Virus record (IMG/VR): IMGVR_UViG_2706795432_000001
Span: 11,029 to 75,028 of that record
DNA: 64,000 nucleotides
DNA from: a virus
Taxonomy: Duplodnaviria; Caudoviricetes
Reading direction: 5' to 3' (one strand)
The notes under the pieces are model-generated. The model did no database searches, was not told the origin of the DNA, and saw nothing but the letters and a program-made list of their open reading frames with translations. Position 1 is the first letter of the stretch. Each line of letters opens with the position of its first letter. Made by a program: the position numbers and the translations under genes. Below, piece by piece: positions 28,456 to 38,346 of this stretch.

Positions 28456-31067
28456 GCTGCTATGCCTTTCTCTTTCAGTTCAGCGAGGTGTTCACGGATC
28501 TTGTCTTTGATCGTGTTTTCATTCGCTGCATTGGGGATATCGAAACCATGGTTCCAGTTCGGATAGAAGATTTCTACTGAACCAGAGAGCTTCACTTCAT
28601 CATGCCAGATCTCAGGATCATCCTGCCATGAGACTTCTTTGGGAAGTTCAGTGTTCAGGTACATCAGAGCATCATACGCCCCGTCACGGACAAGGTAATA
28701 TTGAGCATCATGGATGTGAGCACATGGTTTGATGTCGAGACGGTATTTGGAGCTTCTGACCTTCTTCATGAAGGCAGATGCAGCCCGTGAGTTGAGCATA
28801 CAGTAGCTCTGACCCATGGCATTCCCTGCTGTCCGTCCTTCTGCTGCTGCTTCCTTGGGAGTTTTGTTGGTCCCGTAGATGGTCTGTGCAAGCAGAGGTG
28901 TACGAACACGCAGTCCGAAAGCCACTGTAATGTAGCCATCCTTGGTCGCTTGCTCCAGCTTCTCCTGCACATACTGTATCGAGACCTGATACATTTTCTT
29001 GTACTTGGACTCGATCATCTGAGCCTTCTCCTTACTGAAACCACAGTTGGACATCAGTGTGTGGAAAGTCCCCTGATAGGTGAGAGCAAAGGTTGGAGCC
29101 TTACTCTCCTGTCTCAGAGGCTTGTACTTCTTGGCAATCGAATTGATCGAATCCACAGAAGAAGGGTCGATATCAGGCATCTGATCTCCGAAATACCCAT
29201 AGGCCCGAAGTGAGTGACCATCATAGCCATCGGTGTAGACCTTGAGTTTCTCTGGATCCTTTGTCTGAAGTGCAGAGATCCTGTCTTCCAGTGAGTCAAA
29301 GTCCAGACCCACGAAAAGCCATCCGGGAGGAGCTTGGAAGCATTCCTTGATGAGCTTGGCGAGTCGAGATTTCAACGGTCCACCAGCAGAACTGGGGATG
29401 TTCTGGAGATTAGGATTGTTGGACGACAGGCGTCCACTGAGAGTCCCACCCAGACGGAAGTTACCGAATAGGTAATGCCACCCATCTGGCCCTTGGTGAG
29501 CCTTCAGGAAGGCAGGCAGGAAGGTACTGAGGATGATCGCAGAGGCTTTATACTCCAGCAAGATCTGAAGGAAGTCTTTGGTTTCCTCAGAAATATTCTG
29601 GTTCAGAAGTTTCTCCAGAGTCTCAGCACCTGTGGATGGAAGACCAGAGTCTGTCAGATCGAGAACTGGCAAACCAAGGAACTCATTGGAATAGAGCAGT
29701 CTCTGAAGCTGTGGAGCAGATCCCGGATTGAATTCGATGATGAGATCTTTGGTTTTCCCAAGATCATCACGAGTGACAACCTTGGTTTTCAGCTTCTCGT
29801 TCTTCTTTTTGAGAGCATCCTCTTCCAATTGATACAGGAAACCCTGCACAATCTTGGTCTGTCCCATCTTCCAGACGTTGTGATCGGACTCAGCTTGAAG
29901 CTGTTTGTCCAGTTTCTTCACCTTGTCCATGTTCACTGGCAAGCCAGTCAACTGCATCTGAATGATGTCTACCACCCATGCTTTGAAGTGCTGGTAGGTC
30001 TCATCCTGAAGATCATCCAACATGGTCTGATAGTGCTTGTTATACACGAACCATGTGGAAAGACCGTCAACGAGGTTGTATTCCAGCAGCTTGGGAAGTT
30101 CGATCTGGGTAATGTCATGGATCTCTTCCACAGCATAGTTCCCAGCAAACTCCTGAGCCTGAACCTTGAGACCCAACTCATTTCCTGCACAGGAATTGGT
30201 GGCGAGATAGGTGATGATCTGGGTGCATTCCCAGTTCTTCAGCATGACTTCCAGACCTTCAAGAAGACCTTCTTGGTCAAGGATGTGATCCATGAACAAC
30301 TGGTACACGAGCACATAGGCATCGTAACAGATGTTGTGATAGATCATCCGTCGCTTGAAGCGTCTGAAGAAGTTCTTCAGAGCCATGCGAATGACAGGAT
30401 CTTCTGCTTTGGTTCGAGTGTTGTCCACCTCGAAGGCAACACCATTATGCTCATCCCAGCAGAAGGTGATGGTTCCAATCCCTGCATCGTAGTGCTTCAG
30501 AGAGAAGCCCTCGATATCACAGGTGAGGTCCACATCCATGTCGATCAGCTTGTCCAGCCAAGCGAGTTTCTCGCTTACCGTAGATGGATACGTGGCTGAA
30601 TGGATGATATCAGATCCGACTTTCTTGTGGGTTCCTTGGTAGAACCCATGAACGGCACCCAAGGCTTGTTGAATTTTGGCCTTGGTTTTGTCCGGGTCGT
30701 GGAAAATACGGGAGTAGTGGGGGAGGTACGTGACTTTGAACCCACCCACCGAATCAAAGATGTCACCAATGTTCGCATCGGTTTTCCCCTGTTTGCTGAG
30801 GACTTTGAAGTAGTCTGCCTGTGCGACTACCAGCATCTCAATCCCACTGTTGATGAGATTGGGGAGGAGATCATCGAGATACTCTTTGATCTCTGTGTTG
30901 CTGGTCTTCTTCTTCTTTCGATTGAGGTAGAGATCACAGATCATGATCTCTTCTTTCAGGTTCGAAAGCATCGGCATGTAATGTTTGATCACCTCATTTT
31001 TCTGGATACGGGGAACCAAGATAGCAATCCGAGCAGGACTACCTTTGCCAATGATTTCGTAATTCAT
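28452..31067 (-). CDS. DNA polymerase family A (N4 gp39-like)
   Basis: Exo motifs DIEG and HNICYD; polymerase motifs DFDSLEDR, RQESKAPTFALTYQG, IHDAQ. Confidence 0.95.
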   Translation of the reverse strand: MNYEIIGKGSPARIAILVPRIQKNEVIKHYMPMLSNLKEEIMICDLYLNRKKKKTSNTEIKEYLDDLLPNLINSGIEMLVVAQADYFKVLSKQGKTDANIGDIFDSVGGFKVTYLPHYSRIFHDPDKTKAKIQQALGAVHGFYQGTHKKVGSDIIHSATYPSTVSEKLAWLDKLIDMDVDLTCDIEGFSLKHYDAGIGTITFCWDEHNGVAFEVDNTRTKAEDPVIRMALKNFFRRFKRRMIYHNICYDAYVLVYQLFMDHILDQEGLLEGLEVMLKNWECTQIITYLATNSCAGNELGLKVQAQEFAGNYAVEEIHDITQIELPKLLEYNLVDGLSTWFVYNKHYQTMLDDLQDETYQHFKAWVVDIIQMQLTGLPVNMDKVKKLDKQLQAESDHNVWKMGQTKIVQGFLYQLEEDALKKKNEKLKTKVVTRDDLGKTKDLIIEFNPGSAPQLQRLLYSNEFLGLPVLDLTDSGLPSTGAETLEKLLNQNISEETKDFLQILLEYKASAIILSTFLPAFLKAHQGPDGWHYLFGNFRLGGTLSGRLSSNNPNLQNIPSSAGGPLKSRLAKLIKECFQAPPGWLFVGLDFDSLEDRISALQTKDPEKLKVYTDGYDGHSLRAYGYFGDQMPDIDPSSVDSINSIAKKYKPLRQESKAPTFALTYQGTFHTLMSNCGFSKEKAQMIESKYKKMYQVSIQYVQEKLEQATKDGYITVAFGLRVRTPLLAQTIYGTNKTPKEAAAEGRTAGNAMGQSYCMLNSRAASAFMKKVRSSKYRLDIKPCAHIHDAQYYLVRDGAYDALMYLNTELPKEVSWQDDPEIWHDEVKLSGSVEIFYPNWNHGFDIPNAANENTIKDKIREHLAELKEKGIAA

Positions 31068-31070
31068 GAT

Positions 31071-31400
31071 TTACCTCATGTCTTCTGGCCTCTTCGAGAA
31101 GAACAGAGTTTCCTCTGGTCCCTCAATCGAGAAGGACTGTTGGTGTAGTCCGTTCATGAGATCCATGGCAAGTGAAAATGCCAGATCTTTCAAAGAAACA
31201 GGGTCTTTTGGGAATCTGGCATAGTTGATGAGAGTCACCACAAACCCAGCTTCTTCCCCACCTGTATAGATGTAGTTGGCTGGGCTGATGGAGACACACA
31301 TCCCTTGTTCACAGAATGTTCGACAGATCTCTTCAGCGTTGGCGTAGTTTCCTGCCATCCAGATTCGCTGAGTGTAGGACTTAGCTGCTTTGCTTCGCAT
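31071..31400 (-). CDS. Conserved-looking small phage protein
   Basis: Likely start at 31400; CVSISPANYIYTGGEEAGFVVTLINYARFP. Confidence 0.6.
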   Translation of the reverse strand: MRSKAAKSYTQRIWMAGNYANAEEICRTFCEQGMCVSISPANYIYTGGEEAGFVVTLINYARFPKDPVSLKDLAFSLAMDLMNGLHQQSFSIEGPEETLFFSKRPEDMR

Positions 31401-31686
31401 CGAGATATTCCTTGATCGCTTCTTCTGCGACCTCATGGAGACCAGCCCCACCATTGTACCAGTAACCGATGAACATGAGTTCCTGCTGTGGTTCGATGAT
31501 GGTCTGGAAACCATAAGCATCGACATCTTTCAGATGGTCGATACACCAGAGTTCGTCGTTGACCTTGACGATGGCAGAATGACCAAGCTCTTTCTCAAGC
31601 TCGTAAAAGTCATCTGTATCCTCTGGTTCGATGTCGGGTCCGACATAGCGTTTGGCTGTGCCGATGAACATTTCCATTTCACTCAT
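31381..31686 (-). CDS. Hypothetical protein
   Basis: ATGA overlap with helicase stop; 101 aa. Confidence 0.65.
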   Translation of the reverse strand: MSEMEMFIGTAKRYVGPDIEPEDTDDFYELEKELGHSAIVKVNDELWCIDHLKDVDAYGFQTIIEPQQELMFIGYWYNGGAGLHEVAEEAIKEYLDAKQSS

Positions 31687-32960
31687 TGGAAGAACCTTTC
31701 TGGGAGTTTGCCTCGGATGTAGAGGCGGTTTTTGGGACGTGTCAGAGCCACGTACTGAAGACGTGCAGCCATTTCAGGCTGGGTACACTTCCCGATGTCT
31801 GCCAAATCAACCACCACCTCATCATAGGTGGAACCCTGTGCTTTGTGAGTGGTGCTGGCTGCGACTGACCGGAGATCTGGATGGTTGTCACGGAACTTGA
31901 AGAACCGATCCCACTTCTTCCGAGACTTCCAGTAGGACAAGACTTTCTGACGATCTTCAGGATCTGCACAGACTGTCACATCATAGATGGCGAATGTCTC
32001 AGGATCCCGAACAGTCAGGTCGATCATGTCGATGATGTGTCCGGGGACGATCTGATCATTCTCATACTCGTCACCTCGTTGAAGCACCTCTACGACCTGA
32101 TCGGTGTAGAGACGACTCTTGTCCACCAGTTCTGCTGAAGAGTTGTTGGTAAGCATCTCACCCACCTCATAGAACTGATTGTAACCACGAAGCTCACGAA
32201 CATAGAGATTGTAGTCGATCACTCGGCTGTTGGTGTAGCAAAGGATTCGACGATTCGGATCTTCTTTGTGGAAGTCCCGTTCCAGAATCCCTTTCAATTG
32301 GTTCCCGGTTACGAAGTCAATCACACCCGGAACCTCGTTGATCTCGAAGAATTCACCAGTCAGCACAGTCTGTTTGGCCATCTCTGCCAGATCCATCAGA
32401 GCTTGTTGGTTCTTCTGACGGACAGGCTGGAGGAGAAGACTCTCACTGTGGGTCTGAGAATAGACTGGAGAGATGTTTTCTTTGACAGGGGCCAACTGGT
32501 TTTTATCCCCTACAAACAACACCTTACAGTTCGAAGTTGTACCTTTGTCGATGTAATCGAACAGGGTTTTGTTGACCATGGATGCTTCATCCACGATGAT
32601 CAGAACTGCATCATGGACTTCCCACTTTGCAGTAGGGACGATGCGTTGTTCACCTGTGGTAAAGTCATTATGAACCCGAAGATTCATGAAGCTGTAGATG
32701 GTCTGAATATCACCACGACGATGCTGCATGGAGTTCTTGAGAACTGCTGCTGCTTTATTGGTCGTCGCTGTGATAGCCACATTGTACAGCTTTACGTCAG
32801 GGTTTTTGTGTTTCAGGATGTCATCTGCCACTTTGGAGATGAAGAAACTCTTGCCTGTACCAGCACCACCGGAGACCCGGTGTACCTTGCGGAGTGGGTC
32901 ATTGATGAACTGGAGTACGTCGGCAAACGCCTTTCTCTGTTCGTCGTTTAGGCTCGCCAT
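31683..32960 (-). CDS. SF1B Dda-like DNA helicase (N4 gp37-like)
   Basis: GGAGTGKS, IIVDEASM, GDKNQL, STTHKAQGSTYD, YVALTR. Confidence 0.93.
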   Translation of the reverse strand: MASLNDEQRKAFADVLQFINDPLRKVHRVSGGAGTGKSFFISKVADDILKHKNPDVKLYNVAITATTNKAAAVLKNSMQHRRGDIQTIYSFMNLRVHNDFTTGEQRIVPTAKWEVHDAVLIIVDEASMVNKTLFDYIDKGTTSNCKVLFVGDKNQLAPVKENISPVYSQTHSESLLLQPVRQKNQQALMDLAEMAKQTVLTGEFFEINEVPGVIDFVTGNQLKGILERDFHKEDPNRRILCYTNSRVIDYNLYVRELRGYNQFYEVGEMLTNNSSAELVDKSRLYTDQVVEVLQRGDEYENDQIVPGHIIDMIDLTVRDPETFAIYDVTVCADPEDRQKVLSYWKSRKKWDRFFKFRDNHPDLRSVAASTTHKAQGSTYDEVVVDLADIGKCTQPEMAARLQYVALTRPKNRLYIRGKLPERFFQ

Positions 32961-33307
32961 TGTTCCAGATACCTTTCGTTGTTCAGTGACATTTCTTGGA
33001 TGGTTCGTTGCTCCAAGTCATTCGTATTGTCAGGATGAATCTCAGGGTGAATCATATAGACCCCACGGAATCCTCGAAGATTTTGCTCATGCACCATGTT
33101 GAGGGCATAACACTGAATCTGAAGACGGTCGGGACCATAAACCAAAGCAAGAGAGTGTCTGCTGGCTTTGGAGAAATTCTCTACGTGCCATAGATCACAG
33201 ACACGATGGAAAAGGTGAGTGGCATGATCTCGATTCCAGCATACAAGTCGCATGTTGATGCCTTTGTTCAAGCCATTCATCACATTGGGATAGCTGATTT
33301 CGATCAT
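32948..33307 (-). CDS. Hypothetical protein
   Basis: AGGTG RBS; first gene after the RNR terminator. Confidence 0.55.
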   Translation of the reverse strand: MIEISYPNVMNGLNKGINMRLVCWNRDHATHLFHRVCDLWHVENFSKASRHSLALVYGPDRLQIQCYALNMVHEQNLRGFRGVYMIHPEIHPDNTNDLEQRTIQEMSLNNERYLEQWRA

Positions 33308-33323
33308 GGTTCACCTGTTGAAT

Positions 33324-33357
33324 AAAAAACCCCCCACCTCCGAAGAGATGAGGGGTT
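33324..33357 (-). terminator. Terminator after RNR
   Basis: Minus strand CCCCTCATCTC-TTCG-GAGGTGGGGGG-TTTTTT. Confidence 0.85.
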
Positions 33358-33372
33358 CTGGAGCAGTGGACT

Positions 33373-35712
33373 TTAGCCACATTTACTGTAGCCGCAGTCC
33401 TGACAGGTCGGGCATCCAGAGGTATCTACCATACTGTAACCTTTGCAGCTTGGGCATTGATCTGGCACATGGCCAGTATCTGGCGACTGCTTGGCATCTT
33501 CCTCTTCCTCGATGAGAGAGGTGGTCACAGGGAATGGTAGACTCTCAGGGGTCGATTGATACCCGATCAAGTCGAGATGCTCTGACAGCTTTTGGCCAAT
33601 CAGAGCAACCAAAGAAGGACAGTAGCGACTGTCCACCCATTGTCCCCCTTTGGGGTCATGGATCTGCTTGAGTTCTTCAGCCACAAACCGAACATCTCCA
33701 CCACGTTGGAATACTGCACTGACCATACGGGTCAAAGCCATAGTCCATTGATGGTGTTCGACATTCTTGCTGTTGATGAAGATCTCGAACGGCATGAACC
33801 AATCATGTTCTGGGTCCACGACATTGTTGAAGGTGACATAGTAGCTGTCCTTACCCCAACGACACTTGTAGGTAGAGCCGTCAGTGACTGCTGGACGAGC
33901 CATCACCCGCATATCGCCGTCATATTCTTTGTCCACGATTTCCGGTTCTGGTTCTTTGGTTTCAACGCTGAGGACGGATCCTGTCACGTCGTTTGGCCGA
34001 TAGGTTGTGCAACCTTTACAGCCAGTTTCAAAGGCATGGTCATAGACCGCCTTGAAGTCTTCGAAGGAGATGTCTTCCGGAAGGTTGACAGTCTTGGAGA
34101 TGGACGAGTCCACCCACTTCTGGAGAACAGCCTGCATAACGATGTGATCACGAGGAGTCAGATCCTGTGCAGTCGCCATGTAGTTTTCCCACCACCAGAT
34201 GGCGTGGTCTCCCATTTCAGGGAAGGTCTCTTCGAATTTCAGAACAGCGTAGTCATACACTGTCTCTTCTCGCTTGGTTCCGTCATCATTGGTGACTTTC
34301 CGTTGATAGGACGGAGCGAAGATCGGCTCACCACCGGAACTGACATTGCCAGCATACATGCTGATGGTTCCCGTAGGAGCCACCGACAGCAGGTGAGAGT
34401 TACGAATACCCCATTCAAGAATGTCATCCTTGATGTATTCAGGCATTCGCTGCATGAAACCAGATTGAATGAACTTCTCTCGGGCCTCAAGACTTTGGAG
34501 AGCAGGTGCTGGACCCATCTCCTTTGCCATCTGAATGGACTCTTCATAAGCCCAGATAGCAATGTTCCGCATGATCGTTTCGGTGAAATCGACAGCTTCC
34601 TCACTGCCATACTTCTGACCACACATGAACAAGGCATCAGCCAATCCGGTCACACCCAAGCCTTGGCGACGCTTGAAGCGTGCTTCGTCTCGTTGTGCTT
34701 CCAGAGGGAAGAGGCTGGTTTCAACCACACTGTCCAGAATACGAACACCAGTCCGTACTGATTCTTCCAGCGCATTCATGTTCATCTCTGCCTGTCCTTT
34801 GACGAACGGGAAGACGACATGCTTTGCCAGATTCACTGAACCAAGCAGACAGGCACCATACGGAGGCAGAGGCTGCTCACCACATGGATTCGTTGCTGCA
34901 ATGGTTTCAAGGAACCAGAGATTGTTCTCCTTGTTGATGCGATCAATGAAGATCACACCGGGTTCAGCGTAGTTGTAGGTGTTCCATAGAATCGCTTCCC
35001 AGAGATCCTTTGCTTTGATGGTGTCGTAGACCTTACCATCGAACATCAGATCCCAGTCAGAATCATGAGCCACCGCTTCCATGAACTCATCAGTACAGAG
35101 CACTGACACGTTGAAGTTACGAAGACGCAGAGGATCCTGCTTGGCTTGGACGAATTCCATGATGTCCGGATGGTCACACCGCATGGTGGCCATCATAGCA
35201 CCCCGTCGGCTGCCTGCTGACATGATGGTTTTGCACATCGAGTCCCAGACATCCATGAATGTGAGAGGACCGCTGGAGAAGCTCTCCACGCCCTTCACAG
35301 GTGCTCCCTTCGGACGAAGGGTACTGAAGTCATAACCAATCCCACCGCCTTGCTGCATCGTGAGAGCAGCTTCCTTGAGCATATCGAAGATACCATCAAG
35401 GCTGTCAGGGATGGTTCCCATGACATAGCAGTTGAACAAGGTCACGTTGCGTCCCGTACCTGCACCGGAATTAATCCGTCCTGCTGGTAGGAACTTGAAA
35501 TCATACAGGGCTTTGAAGAACCGTTGTTCAAGAGCTTCTCGCTCTGCATGATTGTTGTGGAGATAAGGAAGATCTGCACAGGCAGATGCAATCCGACTCC
35601 ACGTATCAACCACATCTTGATCAGAGTCGAAACCTTCACGATCCGTTTTGAAACGGTACTTCTGGTTCCAGATCTGCTCGCTGATGGGTTGAGGAAAATG
35701 CGCTTCACTCAT
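33373..35712 (-). CDS. nrdJ: Class II (B12-dependent) ribonucleotide reductase
   Basis: PAGRINSGAG, TLFNCYV, TNPCGEQPL, APTGTIS; C-terminal TSCPD-like domain and CxxC..CxxC ribbon; no small subunit gene nearby. Confidence 0.9.
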   Translation of the reverse strand: MSEAHFPQPISEQIWNQKYRFKTDREGFDSDQDVVDTWSRIASACADLPYLHNNHAEREALEQRFFKALYDFKFLPAGRINSGAGTGRNVTLFNCYVMGTIPDSLDGIFDMLKEAALTMQQGGGIGYDFSTLRPKGAPVKGVESFSSGPLTFMDVWDSMCKTIMSAGSRRGAMMATMRCDHPDIMEFVQAKQDPLRLRNFNVSVLCTDEFMEAVAHDSDWDLMFDGKVYDTIKAKDLWEAILWNTYNYAEPGVIFIDRINKENNLWFLETIAATNPCGEQPLPPYGACLLGSVNLAKHVVFPFVKGQAEMNMNALEESVRTGVRILDSVVETSLFPLEAQRDEARFKRRQGLGVTGLADALFMCGQKYGSEEAVDFTETIMRNIAIWAYEESIQMAKEMGPAPALQSLEAREKFIQSGFMQRMPEYIKDDILEWGIRNSHLLSVAPTGTISMYAGNVSSGGEPIFAPSYQRKVTNDDGTKREETVYDYAVLKFEETFPEMGDHAIWWWENYMATAQDLTPRDHIVMQAVLQKWVDSSISKTVNLPEDISFEDFKAVYDHAFETGCKGCTTYRPNDVTGSVLSVETKEPEPEIVDKEYDGDMRVMARPAVTDGSTYKCRWGKDSYYVTFNNVVDPEHDWFMPFEIFINSKNVEHHQWTMALTRMVSAVFQRGGDVRFVAEELKQIHDPKGGQWVDSRYCPSLVALIGQKLSEHLDLIGYQSTPESLPFPVTTSLIEEEEDAKQSPDTGHVPDQCPSCKGYSMVDTSGCPTCQDCGYSKCG

Positions 35713-35784
35713 AGTCTGACCTCTTGGTTGTGGTGATAAGAAGACCTTGGTCGTACCAATGTCGTTTTAGAGGAGCAAGCACAT

Positions 35785-36141
35785 TTAGTTATTGTATGAA
35801 CCTCCGCCACCATGAGTGGTCTTTTTGTTCATTTCTTCCAACGCCTTGAACTCATCCTCGGACAAAGCGTTCGTAGTACCACCCATCAAACCAACTCCGT
35901 AGCTCAGGCCCAGTTGGAAAGAGGCTCGTTCTTGAGGAGTCGGGAAGATCATTGGTTCGATGTCGTCGTCCAAGGAGGTTTTCACATTGAAGCTGAACTC
36001 CCCAAGAGGGTAGATCACAATGTCCCCAGTTGCGTTTGGAATATCCTGCATCGAGTCGATGTAGTTCACCAAGTTTTGGACTTCCGGAGGACCAAACCAC
36101 TTGAAGATCTTCCAGCGGATTCCCGATTTCGATTGACTCAT
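35785..36141 (-). CDS. Hypothetical protein
   Basis: AAGGA RBS; ATGA overlap; 118 aa. Confidence 0.65.
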   Translation of the reverse strand: MSQSKSGIRWKIFKWFGPPEVQNLVNYIDSMQDIPNATGDIVIYPLGEFSFNVKTSLDDDIEPMIFPTPQERASFQLGLSYGVGLMGGTTNALSEDEFKALEEMNKKTTHGGGGSYNN

Positions 36142-36686
36142 GTGCCTGTTCCTTCTGCTGTGGCAAAGATAAAATCACTGATGTAGTCATCATCATGACA
36201 TCCAAAGTTGAGGATGGGTATCTGGTGGTCTTCAGCAATTCGGAGAGCTTGTCCAGTACCACCTGTGATTTTACCTCCCGGTGTCCAGCAGAGGACGAAG
36301 GCGACGGGATCATCGAGTCGAGGACCAAGGATTTGGTAGCAGTTCCGAGCATGGAAATCGCGTCCAGCGCATGAGAGGATATCCCATCGTGGATGATACT
36401 TTTTGGCGAGAAGCCTCGCAGCTTTATCCGATCCGAAGAGTGGTGATTCGTTCTTCCGGAACTGCTTCCATGGGAGATAAATTTCCCGAAGAACATCTGC
36501 TGATACAGAGTTTGTTTGGCAGAAGCTCTCAACGCCTTGCTCAAAGGACTCGTCGGCACCTTCAGCGCCTCCAGACCGAAGGATGAAACCGAGTCCTGCC
36601 ATTGCCCTGCCCGCCGCAAACATCTTTCTGCATACGTCTTCGGGCGTCTTTCTCGATCCGATTCCGGCATATTTAATCGTGCTCAC
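36138..36686 (-). CDS. SLOG-superfamily (DprA/Smf-like Rossmann) protein
   Basis: KYAGIGSR, LRSGGAEGAD, GGTGQA motifs; AAGGAGG RBS before GTG. Confidence 0.75.
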   Translation of the reverse strand: MSTIKYAGIGSRKTPEDVCRKMFAAGRAMAGLGFILRSGGAEGADESFEQGVESFCQTNSVSADVLREIYLPWKQFRKNESPLFGSDKAARLLAKKYHPRWDILSCAGRDFHARNCYQILGPRLDDPVAFVLCWTPGGKITGGTGQALRIAEDHQIPILNFGCHDDDYISDFIFATAEGTGT

Positions 36687-36966
36687 GAAGCAACGCCTCC
36701 TTGTGTGCTGGGAGAAGATCTTCCATCACATATTCAGGGGGATGGAAGAGTTCCTTCATTTCATTCAGGGTGCAACGAATGAGGTTTCCCGCATCTGTCA
36801 CAACCAAGAAAGTAGGGTCGGGATTCAGGGAAGTGACACCACCCACTGTGACAGCATTGCCAGTAGCACGGCCATCTCTGGTGGGAAGTGCAGCATTCGG
36901 GAGAGTGTAATCACCATGAGCCAGACCTTTGGCCCAATAAGGGAGAAGAATTTGATCATCGCTCAT
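36673..36966 (-). CDS. Hypothetical protein
   Basis: Likely start MSDDQILL at 36966 (ATGA overlap); LPTRDGRATGNAV. Confidence 0.6.
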   Translation of the reverse strand: MSDDQILLPYWAKGLAHGDYTLPNAALPTRDGRATGNAVTVGGVTSLNPDPTFLVVTDAGNLIRCTLNEMKELFHPPEYVMEDLLPAHKEALLREHD

Positions 36967-37397
36967 AGGATGCTCCGTGTGTTGAGTCGGGGATCTCTGG
37001 GGACAGTACCCCAATACTGAAAGCGATCTCCCAACAGAGGTTTCCATTCTTCATCAAAGAAGCAGTTGTCAGGGGCTGCTTCAAAGAGAGGTGCGATCTC
37101 TTCTGGTTTGAAACCACCAAGACCACAACCAACCTGAGTGACTTTGAACTGAGCACCACGAGCGTACCAGTATTCAGCACACTCGATAAATCGGGTGACA
37201 GAATGAGCCACTTCAGAAAGAGGGATGAATTCGATCTTCCATCCCTTGGTTGGCAGAGCATAGCACATGGGATTGTCTTTGCTTCCACCAGTGAGACCCT
37301 CACCGATACCCCATTGAGCACCCAGTACCTTGTGAGCATACTTGGCTGCACCAGCACCGTGGATACCTGCTTTGTTGGATCCAAAAACGAAGATCAT
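36963..37397 (-). CDS. Macro-domain-like phage protein
   Basis: Start MIFVFGSNKAGIHGAGAAK (GGAG RBS); YALPTK; VTQVGCGLGG. Confidence 0.7.
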   Translation of the reverse strand: MIFVFGSNKAGIHGAGAAKYAHKVLGAQWGIGEGLTGGSKDNPMCYALPTKGWKIEFIPLSEVAHSVTRFIECAEYWYARGAQFKVTQVGCGLGGFKPEEIAPLFEAAPDNCFFDEEWKPLLGDRFQYWGTVPRDPRLNTRSIL

Positions 37398-37597
37398 AGG
37401 TAGGTCACTCCCATGTAGATCAACCATCCGATTGCCATCGGAGTGAAGACGATTGCAGGCCATTCCACAGTGATGTTCATGCCCCGGAGGCGATTCCAGT
37501 TCACGGTGATCCAGATGAGACCACCAATGAAAAAGAGCAACCAGAATACTGAGAGACTGGTAGCGATGATGGTGACGGCAAGTTCAAGATTTGTCAT
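37394..37597 (-). CDS. Small two-TM membrane protein
   Basis: Two hydrophobic stretches in 67 aa; AAGGA RBS. Confidence 0.6.
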   Translation of the reverse strand: MTNLELAVTIIATSLSVFWLLFFIGGLIWITVNWNRLRGMNITVEWPAIVFTPMAIGWLIYMGVTYL

Positions 37598-37883
37598 CTT
37601 TGAGTTCCTTTACCATGTCCTGCACCTGACGATCTGTCATCGGTGCAATTTTCCCCATGGTTTCCATGAGATCGAGATTGATCAGGTCTTCGAGTGAAGC
37701 CGAAGTACCTTCGATCTGATAGTCAGGATCTGGGATCCGTGCCAGAAGCTCATCGAGCTTGTGATTCATAGAGCGTTCAGCTATCTGAATCTGCACAGCA
37801 TGAAAGACCTGAGCCACCAAACCAAGAACAACGAGTCCTACGAGGATGGCTCCTGTGAGCATGATTGATTCTGCGTATGCCAT
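37584..37883 (-). CDS. Hypothetical protein with N-terminal TM helix
   Basis: AILVGLVVLGLVAQV; start may be 37862. Confidence 0.55.
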   Translation of the reverse strand: MAYAESIMLTGAILVGLVVLGLVAQVFHAVQIQIAERSMNHKLDELLARIPDPDYQIEGTSASLEDLINLDLMETMGKIAPMTDRQVQDMVKELKDDKS

Positions 37884-38194
37884 TTGGCTCTCCGTTTCTG
37901 GTTCTGTTTGTGAGTCACCATCTCTAGGTGATCCGGGTTACAACACAAGCGATTACGGCACTTGTGGTCGATTTGTTTCTTACTTGGCACATAGCCATAG
38001 AAGTTCACGAACATGGTAATGTGTGTGGCCACTGTCTGTCCATCCAGACACATTCGACCATATCCACCACCTCTACCATTACCGCTGGTCGGACCTGTCC
38101 AGTTCCAGCAGCCAGTATCCTTGTCGATTTTCACACGTTTCATGATCTTATCGAATATGGCTTGGCGTCGGTCTGTGACGGTTGAAAGTTTCAC
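37838..38194 (-). CDS. HNH endonuclease
   Basis: CWNWTG..YG; IDHKCRNRLCCNPDHLEMVTHKQN. Confidence 0.9.
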   Translation of the reverse strand: MKLSTVTDRRQAIFDKIMKRVKIDKDTGCWNWTGPTSGNGRGGGYGRMCLDGQTVATHITMFVNFYGYVPSKKQIDHKCRNRLCCNPDHLEMVTHKQNQKRRAKWHTQNQSCSQEPSS

Positions 38195-38257
38195 GGTCTC
38201 TACTCCAATTTCATTTTCGCGGCGGAACTCGCGTCATGTAGAACAAAAAGTGAACAT

Positions 38258-38341
38258 GGACTTACTTTGAAAGTAGTGGTGAAATTAACCTCCCAGAGTG
38301 GGGTTTTAAGGCGAAAATCACCACTACTCGAAAGTAAGTCC
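38258..38341. repeat. Long imperfect inverted repeat between rIIB and HNH
   Basis: GGACTTACTTT-GAA-AGTAGTGGTGA ... TCACCACTACT-CG-AAAGTAAGTCC. Confidence 0.8.
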
Positions 38342-38346
38342 CAGAC

